From Candidatus Omnitrophota bacterium (GTDB taxonomy: Bacteria > Omnitrophota > Omnitrophia > Omnitrophales > Aquincolibacteriaceae), in the NCBI GenBank assembly GCA_022711115.1, contig JAKLFP010000005.1, positions 72,572-136,571 of the forward strand: a stretch of DNA of 64,000 nt. The letters are read 5' to 3'. Under the pieces are notes generated by a model. The model did no database searches, was not told the DNA's origin, and saw nothing but the letters and a program-made list of their open reading frames with translations. The translations under genes were made by a program, and so were the position numbers. Shown here one piece after another: positions 9,311 to 19,543 of the stretch (the stretch's first letter is position 1; every line of letters begins with the position of its first letter).

Positions 9311-10156
9311 ATGTTTTTTAGAAAACCGAGGTTCGCGAAAATGTCGACGGAACGTATGCCTATTGTTTCGGTTGTGATGCCTTGCTATAACGCGGCAAGA
9401 TTTTTGAGAGAAGCCGTTGAAAGTATTTTGTCGCAAAGCTTTAGCGATTTAGAACTCATAGTTGTGAATGATGCTTCCACGGATGCCACCAAGGAAATTT
9501 TGATGGAATATCAGGCGAAAGATGGGCGCGTGGTATATGCGGAGCACGTGGCGAACCGCGGCGTGAGTGAGTCGCTGAATACAGGCCTGCGCCTTGTCCG
9601 CGGGGAATTCGTCGCCCGTATGGATGCGGATGATATTGCGGAACCGGAGCGTCTGGCGAAACAAGTCGCTTTACTTCGCAGAGATCCGGAAATTGTTGTG
9701 TGCGGTACTTTTCTTACCCTGATCGATGAAAACGGGAAAAAGATCGGAAAACGTGATTATGATGTGGATAGTGAGGTCATTAAAAAAAGATTTATGCGCC
9801 GGAGCCCTGTAGCCCATCCATCGGTTGTGATACGAAAGCAAATTCTGAATGCCCACCATTTAGAATACAGGCGCAAATATTTTTCCGCAGAAGATTATGA
9901 CCTTTGGCTACGGCTTATGCCTTATGGGAAGTTTGCGAATGTCGGAGAACCGCTTCTTCGGTACCGGCTTTCCAGCGATGCTCTCACGGTTCGTCGTTGC
10001 AAGACGGCGCTTTGGAGCACCATTCGCTTGAAATGGAGGTATTTGCGCTATGCGGATCTTGCGTCCTATGGTAATTTGATGTTGGAAATGATCTTGATGC
10101 TATTGCCGAAAAATGGAATCCTTTTTTTATACCGAAAATTCCATGGAGTCCAGTAA
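9311..10156 (+). CDS. Family 2 glycosyltransferase
   Basis: VSVVMPCYNAARFLREAVESILSQSF…ELIVVNDASTD and a DAD-type motif (RMDADDIAE). Alternative start at 9341. Confidence 0.85.
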   Translation: MFFRKPRFAKMSTERMPIVSVVMPCYNAARFLREAVESILSQSFSDLELIVVNDASTDATKEILMEYQAKDGRVVYAEHVANRGVSESLNTGLRLVRGEFVARMDADDIAEPERLAKQVALLRRDPEIVVCGTFLTLIDENGKKIGKRDYDVDSEVIKKRFMRRSPVAHPSVVIRKQILNAHHLEYRRKYFSAEDYDLWLRLMPYGKFANVGEPLLRYRLSSDALTVRRCKTALWSTIRLKWRYLRYADLASYGNLMLEMILMLLPKNGILFLYRKFHGVQ

Positions 10157-11596
10157 ATGAAAATCTGTTTCCTTGTCCCGCCGCCCCTAGATGGAAAACC
10201 AGCCGCGGAGCGTATTTTTGGCTGCAACTACGGGGTTTACAACCAGCCTAATATTTTTATGCTTTATGTGGCGACAGTCCTTCAAAAAGCCGGGCATGAA
10301 GTGCTGATCAAGGATTGTGTGATTGAGCATGCTTCTGTGAGTGCTTTTCAAAAATTCATCACTGAGAACTCTTCTGATATTTATTTTTTGGGAACGGTAT
10401 TTCTTTCCAAAACGACTGATTTAAAAGCCCGAGAAATGATCCGTCTCTTACAGCCGCATGCCAGATTTTGTTACTATTCCACAGAGCCGACAGCTCATCC
10501 GGAAGATTTTGCTGCGGAAGATACCGTGATCATCCGTGGAGAACCGGAAATGACCTCGCAAGAGGTTGTTGCCGCATTGGAAAAGAAAACGCTGCTGCAA
10601 GATATCCGCGGGATCGTATTTTCTTCCGGAGGGAAGTTGGTAGATACGGGATATCGTGAACCTCTCGAAAATTTGGACGTATTACCTTTTCCTGACCGCT
10701 CCCTTTTGCTAAAAAGAAATTACAATAATCCCAAATTATCGGTTTATCCTTTTACCACGATCCTTACTTCCCGGGGATGTCCGTATCGCTGCTATTACTG
10801 TGTCCCGAATTCGCTTTCTTTTTCCAGAGAGATCGATCTTAAAAAAAAGACTGGGGCTTTCCTGAAGCCTCGCTTTCGTTCCCGTTCGGTGGACAATGTG
10901 GTTCAGGAGGTCAGGATGTTGGCCCGCCAGGGTTATCGTTCTTTTTCCATTCTGGATGATCTGTTTGCTTTTGATAACCAGTGGACGATCGATTTTTGCC
11001 AGAAGATTCAAGATCTCAGGATGGAATGGTCCTGTCTTTCTCGTGCGGATCACATGACGGATCCCGCCATGGTTCAGGCGATGGGAAAGGCGGGTTGTAA
11101 ATTTGTGGCAATGGGGATCGAATCCTTCCACCAGGATATTTTGAAATTTGTCAGAAAGGATCTGGATCTCGGAACCGTACCAGTAGCGGTTCAAAATATG
11201 AAAAAAGCGGGTATTGAAGTTGTGATCAATGTGCTTTTTGCTTCCTGTGATTTAGAAACCGAAAAGACAATCCTTGAGACTTACCGCACTCTGAAACAAT
11301 TGGATCCGGATTATGTGCTTTTTTCCGCATGTACGCCGTTTCCCTATACGGAATTTAATCAAATCGCCAGGGAAAAAGGGTGGATGGTTGAGCCTGAATA
11401 CCGGCCTGTAGATCCGATGAAATCAGCCTTCATATCTTACTCGCATCTTTCCAAGGAGAGAATCGAAAAGCTATTGCGACGGGTTTATATCGGCTTTTAT
11501 TTCCGTCCAAGCTATCTCTGGAAGAAGCTTTGCAAGGTCAAAAGTCCGTTGGATTTTATCAATAAAATCAAAGCAGCTTTGAACATATTTCGCTAA
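10157..11596 (+). CDS. B12-binding domain radical SAM protein (class B rSAM)
   Basis: MKICFLVPP… B12-binding-like N-terminus. rSAM motif SRGCPYRCYYCVPN. The ATG directly abuts the stop of the GT2 gene (TAAATG). Confidence 0.85.
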   Translation: MKICFLVPPPLDGKPAAERIFGCNYGVYNQPNIFMLYVATVLQKAGHEVLIKDCVIEHASVSAFQKFITENSSDIYFLGTVFLSKTTDLKAREMIRLLQPHARFCYYSTEPTAHPEDFAAEDTVIIRGEPEMTSQEVVAALEKKTLLQDIRGIVFSSGGKLVDTGYREPLENLDVLPFPDRSLLLKRNYNNPKLSVYPFTTILTSRGCPYRCYYCVPNSLSFSREIDLKKKTGAFLKPRFRSRSVDNVVQEVRMLARQGYRSFSILDDLFAFDNQWTIDFCQKIQDLRMEWSCLSRADHMTDPAMVQAMGKAGCKFVAMGIESFHQDILKFVRKDLDLGTVPVAVQNMKKAGIEVVINVLFASCDLETEKTILETYRTLKQLDPDYVLFSACTPFPYTEFNQIAREKGWMVEPEYRPVDPMKSAFISYSHLSKERIEKLLRRVYIGFYFRPSYLWKKLCKVKSPLDFINKIKAALNIFR

Positions 11597-11612
11597 TGCG
11601 GTAAACCTTTTC

Positions 11613-12221
11613 ATGAAGCACGCTTCTTCGACCCAGGCAACCCGCTCTCAAGATTACACAGACTATCTTGCAAAGGATTCACAAATATGGTGGAAACGTC
11701 TGTTTCATGTTCAGGCACCTTATGCCTGGAATTTACGACGGCTTAAACCAGGTTTTACTTTAGAAATAGGCTGTGGGATTGGCCGCCAGTTGCTTTATCT
11801 TTACGGGAATGGAGTCGGTATTGACCACAACGCAGCGTCAGTTCAGGGCGCAAGAAAACAGGGGCTTCAAGCTTTTACTCCGGAACAATTTCAAGCTTCT
11901 TCTTTTAACAAACCTTGCAGTTTCGATTCTTTGCTCTTAGCTCATGTTGCAGAACATATGACAAAAGGCCAAGTGATCGATCTTTTGAGCCGGTACGTCG
12001 GCCTTTTAAGGTCTCACGGAAAATTAATCCTGATCACACCTCAGGAATTGGGTTTTCAGAAGGATCCCTCGCATGTGGAATTCATGGATTTGTTGAAAAT
12101 GCGGGAAATAGCGGAAACGCTTGGGTTTCAAATTGTTAAGCAATATTCTTTCCCATTTCCCAGAGTTTGCGGAAAGTTTTTTAGACATAATGAATTTGTC
12201 TCAGTCGGGATAAAAAAGTAG
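11613..12221 (+). CDS. Class I SAM-dependent methyltransferase
   Basis: Motif I LEIGCGIGRQL and Methyltransf_11/12-like spacing. Last gene of the +strand operon. Confidence 0.8.
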   Translation: MKHASSTQATRSQDYTDYLAKDSQIWWKRLFHVQAPYAWNLRRLKPGFTLEIGCGIGRQLLYLYGNGVGIDHNAASVQGARKQGLQAFTPEQFQASSFNKPCSFDSLLLAHVAEHMTKGQVIDLLSRYVGLLRSHGKLILITPQELGFQKDPSHVEFMDLLKMREIAETLGFQIVKQYSFPFPRVCGKFFRHNEFVSVGIKK

Positions 12222-12280
12222 ACAATATTCATTTTAAATCTTGTTGGAAATCGCGACGGTCAAATCACCCGACAAATTCT

Positions 12281-15200
12281 TTAAAGAGAGTTTTTTGAAT
12301 GGGTTTCTTCGGTGGCAAGTGAGTTTAAGATCTCAATGGCTTCGCGATGTTCTTTTTCGTGACGATGCGACTCAAAGCGGCTCACAAGACTGTAAAAGCA
12401 CGGCACAACAAACAGGGTTAACAATGTTGAAACAGCCGTACCCCAGATGATCACGGTCGCCATCGGTGCGCGTTGTTCAGCGCCTGGCCCCAGATTCATG
12501 ACTGCCGGCAGGGCGCTCGCGATGACCGCAAATGTTGTCATTAGAATCGGACGAAGGCGCAGCGGGCAAGCTTCAAGCAAAGCTTCGTTGACACCGAGAC
12601 CTTCCTCACGTCTTTGATTGGTAAAATCTACGAGGAGAATCGAATTTTTCTTTACGATTCCCATGAGTAACAAAAGACCGATGAAACTTAACATGTTGAG
12701 CGAATGGTTCATTAAAAAGAGTCCCAAAAATGCACCGGAAGCGGAGAAGGGGAGTGCTAAAAGAATTGTCAAGGGATGGAGAAAGGAATTGAACTGCGCT
12801 GCCAGGATCATATAGGCAATAAAGATCCCGAGGATCAACGCGAAAGAAAGCTGTTGGAAGGATTCTCGGAACCGTTCAGCACTTCCGGACATCACCAAAT
12901 GGTACTCTTTGGGGAATTCCTTTCGGGCAATTTTTTCAGCAAGTTCCAAGGCTGTTGCTTGTGATTTTCCACGAGCCACATTTCCGAACACATGCACAGC
13001 CCTCTCGCGGTTTTCGCGTGAGATCAGCATCGGTTCCGGAGTTTCAACCGTGTGTGTCACTTCCGAAAGGCGGACCATTTCACCCCGCTGATTGCGCACC
13101 CAAAGCAGATTGATATTTTCAAGCTTACGCCGGTTTTCATCCGTAAGACTAATCCGAACATCATAACGGCGATCGCCTTCCGTATACTTTGCGACTTTGA
13201 CACCACCCATGGCGACCTGGATGGTTGTTGCGATTGATTCTGTGGTAACCCCGCGTTCCGATGCCTTGACGCGGTCCGGGATGACATGCACTTCAGGAAT
13301 GTCGATGAGATAATCCGTGTCCATGTCCATGACCAATCCCGATTCTTGGAGACGCGATATGAGAAGGTTTGCCAGTTCACCCAGTTTTTTCCAATCAGGT
13401 CCCTTAATGGAAATGTCGATGGGGTAGTCTCTCGCCCCGGCAGCCGAGGCCGTTGAGAGGTCCTGGAGTGTCGCGCGCATGACCCCCGGGATTAGATTAA
13501 ACTCCTTGCGGCATATATCCATGAGATCTTTTTGTGACAGGCGGCGTCCTAGGATTTTATCCTTGGGACGGTCGTGAGGTTTTTTCAGGGTAACAAGCAA
13601 GATGCCGGCATTGACGTCACTTCCCGTGCCAGTTCCACCGGCGACCGCAAAATAGATTTCAACCTCGGGTCGTTTTGAAAGAAAGTCTTCTGCTTTTTTC
13701 AAGACCTCATCGGTTGCGGCCAAAGATGAGCCTGGTGGGGTTTGGATACGGACAAGAAAACGGCTGATGTCATGCACGGGGATGAACTCCTTGCGGATCA
13801 GGGGCATAAAAAAAAGCGAGGCTACAAAAAAAACGAGGGCGAAAGCCACCACTTTCCCGCGATGACGTAATGCTGCTGTGAGCGCGCTCGAATATAAAGA
13901 ACGCAAATGATTCATAATGTTATCTGCGACGCGTCCGACTCGTGTATCATGTCCAACTTTTAAGAATTGACTGCAACGAGAGGGTGTCAAGGTGACGGCT
14001 TCCAAGAGCGAAAAGGCAACGGCTGCGGAAACTGTGATGCCAAATTGAAAGAAAAATTTACCGATGAGGCCTTGCATGAATGCCGTTGGCAGGAAAATGG
14101 CGATGACTGCAAGCGAAATGACTGCGACGGCAAATATGATTTCCCTGGAGCCTACGATAGCTGCAAGGACGCGGGTTTTTCCCATTTCATAATGGCGCGC
14201 AATGTTTTCAAGCACCACAATCGCGTCGTCCACCACAATTCCAACCACCATCGAAAGTCCTAAGAGCGTTACATTATTGAGCGTAAATCCCATGAAATAC
14301 ATGACAATAAACGCGCCGCCCAAGGCCGTGGGAATTGCCAAAACGACGTTAATCGTTGAACTAATGGAACCTAGAAAAAACCAGCAAACGATACCCGTGA
14401 AAAGTATTGCCAAAATGATCGTCAATTCCAGTTCATGGACCGTTTCTTTGGTCTGTTCCGTACTGTCAAAATTGATCGTCAATCGGAGGTCTTTGGGTAA
14501 TTCGGCCGAGAGTTCTTTGACGCGTTTTTTGACGGCATTAGCTACTTCGACGGCATTGGTTCCGCGCTGTTTGCGGATGCCCAGCCCTACCGAAGTTTTT
14601 CCTAAGACGCGAGCCTTTCGTCGGACATCTTCAAGACCGTCTTCTACAATTGACACATCGCTTAAACGGAAGGTTTTCCAAAGATAGCCTTCCCTGACGC
14701 GGCTGGGGATTACCAATCTGCTCAGCTCCTCGACATTTTTAGTCTCTCCTAATACCCGGATATTCCGTTCTGTTTTTTCGGTGGTCAGACGGCCGGCAGG
14801 GAGTTCCGTATGCTGTGCTTGAATGGTGGCCATCACGTCTTCTGCGGTGAGGGACAGCGCTTCGAGCTTATGGGCGTCCAGCCAGACACGCATGCTTGGT
14901 TCGGCAAACCCTCCAAGAGTGATTTCTCCCACATTGGGAACTGTTGCGAATTGATCTTTAATATGATCCTTGATATATTCGACCAATTCGCGAAGGGAGC
15001 GATCTCCCGAAAGTCCCACCCAAATGATGGGCTGGTCATCGGGGTTGACTTTGGTAATGATCGGAGCATCCATATCCTCTGGCAGATTACGTTGTGCTTG
15101 CGCGATCTTCGTTTGAATTTCTTGGACGGCCACATCGATATCCTTGGACAGCTCAAATTCCGCAGTGATATTGGCACTGCCAAACCGGGAACTAGAAGTG

Positions 15201-15439
15201 ATCTTTTTAATTCCTTCAATGGACATCAGCGATTCCTCGATAATGTCCACTACTTCGGTTTCCATGACCTCAGGAGCGGCACCCTCCCAGGTCACACTAA
15301 TATTGGCGTAAGGGAAGTCAATGTCCGGCATCTGAGAAACGCCCATACGCATAAAGCTGATGCCGCCGAAGATCAAGAGCGCCGACATGATCATCCAGGC
15401 GAAAACCGGTTTTTTTATTGAAACATCCGAAAGACTCAT
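12281..15439 (-). CDS. Efflux RND transporter permease (HAE1/AcrB family)
   Basis: 1052 aa, N-terminus MSLSDVSIKKPVFAWMIMSALLIFGGISF… 12-TM architecture with two large periplasmic loops. Its ATG overlaps the TGA of the upstream TolC gene (ATGA). Confidence 0.92.
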   Translation of the reverse strand: MSLSDVSIKKPVFAWMIMSALLIFGGISFMRMGVSQMPDIDFPYANISVTWEGAAPEVMETEVVDIIEESLMSIEGIKKITSSSRFGSANITAEFELSKDIDVAVQEIQTKIAQAQRNLPEDMDAPIITKVNPDDQPIIWVGLSGDRSLRELVEYIKDHIKDQFATVPNVGEITLGGFAEPSMRVWLDAHKLEALSLTAEDVMATIQAQHTELPAGRLTTEKTERNIRVLGETKNVEELSRLVIPSRVREGYLWKTFRLSDVSIVEDGLEDVRRKARVLGKTSVGLGIRKQRGTNAVEVANAVKKRVKELSAELPKDLRLTINFDSTEQTKETVHELELTIILAILFTGIVCWFFLGSISSTINVVLAIPTALGGAFIVMYFMGFTLNNVTLLGLSMVVGIVVDDAIVVLENIARHYEMGKTRVLAAIVGSREIIFAVAVISLAVIAIFLPTAFMQGLIGKFFFQFGITVSAAVAFSLLEAVTLTPSRCSQFLKVGHDTRVGRVADNIMNHLRSLYSSALTAALRHRGKVVAFALVFFVASLFFMPLIRKEFIPVHDISRFLVRIQTPPGSSLAATDEVLKKAEDFLSKRPEVEIYFAVAGGTGTGSDVNAGILLVTLKKPHDRPKDKILGRRLSQKDLMDICRKEFNLIPGVMRATLQDLSTASAAGARDYPIDISIKGPDWKKLGELANLLISRLQESGLVMDMDTDYLIDIPEVHVIPDRVKASERGVTTESIATTIQVAMGGVKVAKYTEGDRRYDVRISLTDENRRKLENINLLWVRNQRGEMVRLSEVTHTVETPEPMLISRENRERAVHVFGNVARGKSQATALELAEKIARKEFPKEYHLVMSGSAERFRESFQQLSFALILGIFIAYMILAAQFNSFLHPLTILLALPFSASGAFLGLFLMNHSLNMLSFIGLLLLMGIVKKNSILLVDFTNQRREEGLGVNEALLEACPLRLRPILMTTFAVIASALPAVMNLGPGAEQRAPMATVIIWGTAVSTLLTLFVVPCFYSLVSRFESHRHEKEHREAIEILNSLATEETHSKNSL

Positions 15440-16791
15440 GATACTTCTCCAATTGCAACTTTGAGCCGTGCTTCATCCTGTTTCATTTGATAGAAAGCCT
15501 GATTGGCATTCTGTTGTGCCTGGCTCAGTGACTGTAAGGCTGTAAGGACGTCTAGGTTGCTGACAAGGCTTCGCCGGTATTCATCACTTTGCAATTTATA
15601 ATTTTCTTCTGCGGATGCCACAGCTTCCTTGAACGCCAGATATTGTTCCTTAGAGTAGCGCCAGCCCTCATAGCTTTGTTTAACCTGCAGATCCGCCTGG
15701 CGTTTTGCGATGGATAGTAAATGTTTTTTTTGCTTGAGGATGCTGATCGATTCCTTGACCAGACCGACCGTGGCTCCGCCTGAAAAAAGAGGAACATCAA
15801 ATTTAAAAAGCGTGTCCCAGTCGACGCTGGCATTAAAACCTTCGCGACGCATATATTGATTATGGGCAAGCGAGATAGTCGGCCAGAACCCGCTTTGGGC
15901 CACCAGGATTCCGCGCCAGGCCGTTTTTACAGCTTGTTCTGCGGCCTGAACATCGGAACGGCTGTAAGCTATTTTGAGGTAATCCGTCATCGCTCGATGA
16001 GAAGGGGCCTGATCGTCATCATCCTGAAGTTTTTTGTCGACAATACTCATGCCGATCAGGAATTCCAGCAGATATTGATAGTTTGCCAGTGTGCCTTTTG
16101 CCCCTGCCAGATTCGACTCCAGATTTTTCATCCCTGTGGTAGCCGTAGCTATTTCGCTTAGCCGGGAACGGCCTATTTTTTCTCGTTCCTCCAGTTCCTT
16201 AATACGTTCACCGAGAAGCTTATGGATTTCCCGAATGATCCTAATCTCCTTTTGAAAGCGGAGGATGCCATAAAAAGCACGGGCAACGTCTTCATAAAGA
16301 AGTTCTTTCGATCGAAGCCAGAGTTCTTTTTGTTCTCTTTTATAGCTCCCGGCACCCGTGATAGCTCCCACGGCTTTGAATCCTTGAAAAAGAGGCTGGC
16401 TGATCGTGAATTTATTTTCTGTTCTATCCGGATCGACAAAAGAACTGCCTAAAGAACCGCCGGCGCTGTTTCCCGATTCCATATTTTCCTGAAGGGAGCG
16501 TGAGACAATGAAGTCCACATTTCCAAGAGCCTGGCTTGCGGCGGTGAACATTTGTGCGTTAGCACGAGCGATGGCTTCTTTTTGGATGGCGACGGCATCA
16601 CTTTCTTCGAGCGCCAGTCTGTAACAATCCTCCAAAGTAAGCGGAGGAGCGTCTGTTGCCGGGTATGGGGAATAGGATCCTTTTTGGGACTGAGATTCCG
16701 CAGCCTGGGTTTGAAATAAAGGAGCATTGAAGAGGCAAACCGACAAGATCAAAAATAATGCGAAGGACTTAAAGAAGATATTATTTTTCAT
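15436..16791 (-). CDS. TolC-family outer membrane efflux protein
   Basis: OEP repeat architecture. Signal peptide MKNNIFFKSFALFLILSVCLFNAPLFQTQA when started at the internal Met. The longer ORF extends to 16980 and would overlap the marR-like gene. Confidence 0.85.
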   Translation of the reverse strand: MKNNIFFKSFALFLILSVCLFNAPLFQTQAAESQSQKGSYSPYPATDAPPLTLEDCYRLALEESDAVAIQKEAIARANAQMFTAASQALGNVDFIVSRSLQENMESGNSAGGSLGSSFVDPDRTENKFTISQPLFQGFKAVGAITGAGSYKREQKELWLRSKELLYEDVARAFYGILRFQKEIRIIREIHKLLGERIKELEEREKIGRSRLSEIATATTGMKNLESNLAGAKGTLANYQYLLEFLIGMSIVDKKLQDDDDQAPSHRAMTDYLKIAYSRSDVQAAEQAVKTAWRGILVAQSGFWPTISLAHNQYMRREGFNASVDWDTLFKFDVPLFSGGATVGLVKESISILKQKKHLLSIAKRQADLQVKQSYEGWRYSKEQYLAFKEAVASAEENYKLQSDEYRRSLVSNLDVLTALQSLSQAQQNANQAFYQMKQDEARLKVAIGEVS

Positions 16792-17230
16792 GTTTTGTTC
16801 TCGCAAGAAATTCATCCATGGCTTTTGAAAGAGCGGCATAAAAGCGACTGATGGTCTGATGCTCCGAAACATTGAATTGATCATAGGCCTTGAGTAAAAG
16901 AGACAAGCTGGAAGTCTGTATTTCCGCAAGAATTTTCTTCCCTTTAGAAAGGATCTCGAGAAGAATGATGCGGCGGTCATTGGGGTGGGGACTACGTCTC
17001 AAGAACCTCTTTGTTTCAAGGCGATCCACAAGGTTTGTAACGGCGGGTTTGGTAATCCGGAGCTTTTCGCTGATCTCGGTCATGGAGATTGGCCCCAAAT
17101 GTTCCAGCTGGTTTAGCAGCGCGTACTGTGGCAGAGTGAGATTGACCCTGTTCAAGATGGTGGTGTAAAGGCGGGTGAATTTCGGATGAATTTCTCTGAA
17201 ATTCGCGACGAATTCTTCGCGTATGTTCAT
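16781..17230 (-). CDS. MarR-family transcriptional regulator
   Basis: wHTH core LTLPQYALLNQLEHLGPISMTEISEKLRITKPAVTNLVDRLE. 149 aa. Located immediately upstream of the tolC-RND pair. Confidence 0.88.
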   Translation of the reverse strand: MNIREEFVANFREIHPKFTRLYTTILNRVNLTLPQYALLNQLEHLGPISMTEISEKLRITKPAVTNLVDRLETKRFLRRSPHPNDRRIILLEILSKGKKILAEIQTSSLSLLLKAYDQFNVSEHQTISRFYAALSKAMDEFLARTKHEK

Positions 17231-17347
17231 AAGCTTTTACCTTGTTGTTTCAATTAATAGTTAAAATATTAAACTGTTTATGCTTTTAATTATATGCAAA
17301 GAAAAAAGGAAAACAAGGGGTTTTATTTACAAAAGAGGGCGGTGGGA

Positions 17348-17980
17348 TTAGCTGAAAAGTCCTGTGGCCAGAAGCCCGTTCAAAATGAATTGAACTGCAA
17401 TGGCCGCAAGGATGAGTCCCATCAAACGTGCCATAATCTTAATGGCAATAACGCTTAAGCTTTTTGATTTGATGGCTACAATCCATAAGATGAAAAAAGT
17501 CAGAAGCGAGACCAAAACGATATTTCCCAAGAGCACCAAATGAAAGGCAAGAGTCTCAGCTTTGTTTTTCAGAAGGATCACAGCAGTGATGGCGCCTGGC
17601 CCCGCAAGCATGGGGATGGCCATCGGGGTAATCGCAACATCATGTTTGGTCATGCCTTCAGCTTTTTCTTCCTGGGTTTCTTTGGTCGCGGTGCGTCGAG
17701 CTTGTAACATATCCAAAGCGACCAGCAGGAGCACGATACCGCCGGCAATCTCAAATGCGGGCAATGAAATTCCGAACGCATTAAGGAGCGCCTGGCCCGC
17801 AAAAAAACTAAGCATTAAAATAAAAAAAGTGATCATGGCAGCCATAAGCGCCATGCGTGCCCGTTCCTGAATAGTGTTTTCATGAGTCATCGCCAAAAAA
17901 GCGGGGATAAGGCCGATGGGATCGACGATCACAAAAAGAGAAGCGAATGATAAAATCGTGAAATCGAGTAAGGTATTCAT
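17348..17980 (-). CDS. MarC-family (UPF0056) integral membrane protein
   Basis: MNTLLDFTILSFASLFVIVDPIGLIPAFLAMT… is typical of the MarC family. Start taken at the internal Met 10 codons into the ORF. Confidence 0.8.
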   Translation of the reverse strand: MNTLLDFTILSFASLFVIVDPIGLIPAFLAMTHENTIQERARMALMAAMITFFILMLSFFAGQALLNAFGISLPAFEIAGGIVLLLVALDMLQARRTATKETQEEKAEGMTKHDVAITPMAIPMLAGPGAITAVILLKNKAETLAFHLVLLGNIVLVSLLTFFILWIVAIKSKSLSVIAIKIMARLMGLILAAIAVQFILNGLLATGLFS

Positions 17981-18085
17981 CTTGGTAAAGCATCGGCAGA
18001 AAAAGAACACGCCTTTATCTTTTTGGTGGAAAATGCTCCTGAAAATTAATGATAGGTCAGATGCCTTGTGGCATAATATAAAATC

Positions 18086-19543
18086 ATGTTAATTTTGAGG
18101 AAAATCCTTTTTTATATTTTTGCTTCGGTTTATTTAGTTTTATGCCCCCTGATCATTCTCTATGCGCTTGGGTATATTTTTACGCCTAAGGTAGAAGAGG
18201 GATTTGCTAAAACCGGTTTGATTCATCTTGAAACCTTGCCCGAGGGGGCTTCCATTTCCATAGCAAATAAACACTCTGCCGAAAAAACGCCTGCGACTAT
18301 TCGGAACCTTCTGGCCGGGAAATATGAAATCAGGATTTCCTTGCGCGGATATCGTCCCTGGATCCAAAAGGTAGTCGTGGAGCCTGGGAAAGCGGTGGCT
18401 TTTGATAAGGTGCTGCTGATCCGGGAGAGACTTCAAAAAAAGACCTTGATCCAGGAATCATTTGCGAATTTGTTTCCTGTTTCGGGCACTCGTTTTTTAT
18501 TGCTCATGAAATCCAAAAAGATAAAAGATTTTTTTGTCTTTGATTGGAAGAGCGAAGCTTCTCGCCCTCTCTTGTCGGAAGGATCACCTTTGGAGGATGC
18601 AGAGCTTAGTCGGTTTTATATGTCGAAGCAAAGTCCTTTTGTTCTGCTTCAGGTCAAATGGAATAACGCGGTGAAATTTCTTGGCTGCCAGCTGGATAAA
18701 GAAAAACCGGAAATCAAGGATATCTCACGGCTTTTTTTAAAAGGAGAACCGTCGGAAATCCGGTGGGAGGGAGGGGCGCCAGATTACCTTTTTGCGGCCT
18801 ATGGCGATCACCTTTATCGATTCGATCTTGAAAAAATGATCGTTTTTCCGAATTTTTTGAAAAAAATCCAGGGGTTCGGACTTTATAAAGGCAAGGTCTA
18901 TGCGCTTCGGTCTTTTTCCATCGTGCGTTTGAACTTTAATGCCAAAACAAGCCAAGAGACGGTGGTTGAAAAAGGTTCTTTTCTGGAAAACCTTTTTCAC
19001 GAGTCGGGCCATTACAAAATCGATTTTTTATCAAGAAATACGATCTGTTTTTTAGGAAAGAATGGAGCATTGTTGGCTAATGTGCTTCCTTACCGTTTTA
19101 TCGAAGAGGGACTGAAGGGGTATCAGGAGGATGCCGCAGGGAAGAAAATCGTGTTTTGGCAGGATGAAAAACTGGGTATTCTTGATTTCAGCAGGTCCGA
19201 AAGGAGAAGGGAAATTTTTGAACCGGGACCCGAGATCGATTGGGCTTTAAATGATGGGACGATGATTGAACAGGCCTATTTTGTTTATGATGCCTCCCAC
19301 GTGCTATTTCGGGATCAGGATGAAGTGATGATGCTTGCTTTAAGGCGGGGAGACCGTTCTTTGCAAAAAATTGTAAAATTATTCAGAAATAGTTCTATGT
19401 TTTATTCTGATGACACCGGCCGTCTTTTCTATCTTGAACCTAACACGGGATATTTGACGTCAACCGAGATTCTCCCGGAGGGATTTAGTTTCTCCGGTGT
19501 TCTCAGCGAATTTGAAAAAGAAACCAAAGAGGTCTTGAAGTGA
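18086..19543 (+). CDS. PEGA domain-containing membrane-anchored protein
   Basis: N-terminal TM helix followed by a PEGA-like module (…PEGASISIANKHSAEKTPATIRNLLAGKYEIRISLRGYRPW…). The rest has no recognisable catalytic motif. Confidence 0.6.
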   Translation: MLILRKILFYIFASVYLVLCPLIILYALGYIFTPKVEEGFAKTGLIHLETLPEGASISIANKHSAEKTPATIRNLLAGKYEIRISLRGYRPWIQKVVVEPGKAVAFDKVLLIRERLQKKTLIQESFANLFPVSGTRFLLLMKSKKIKDFFVFDWKSEASRPLLSEGSPLEDAELSRFYMSKQSPFVLLQVKWNNAVKFLGCQLDKEKPEIKDISRLFLKGEPSEIRWEGGAPDYLFAAYGDHLYRFDLEKMIVFPNFLKKIQGFGLYKGKVYALRSFSIVRLNFNAKTSQETVVEKGSFLENLFHESGHYKIDFLSRNTICFLGKNGALLANVLPYRFIEEGLKGYQEDAAGKKIVFWQDEKLGILDFSRSERRREIFEPGPEIDWALNDGTMIEQAYFVYDASHVLFRDQDEVMMLALRRGDRSLQKIVKLFRNSSMFYSDDTGRLFYLEPNTGYLTSTEILPEGFSFSGVLSEFEKETKEVLK

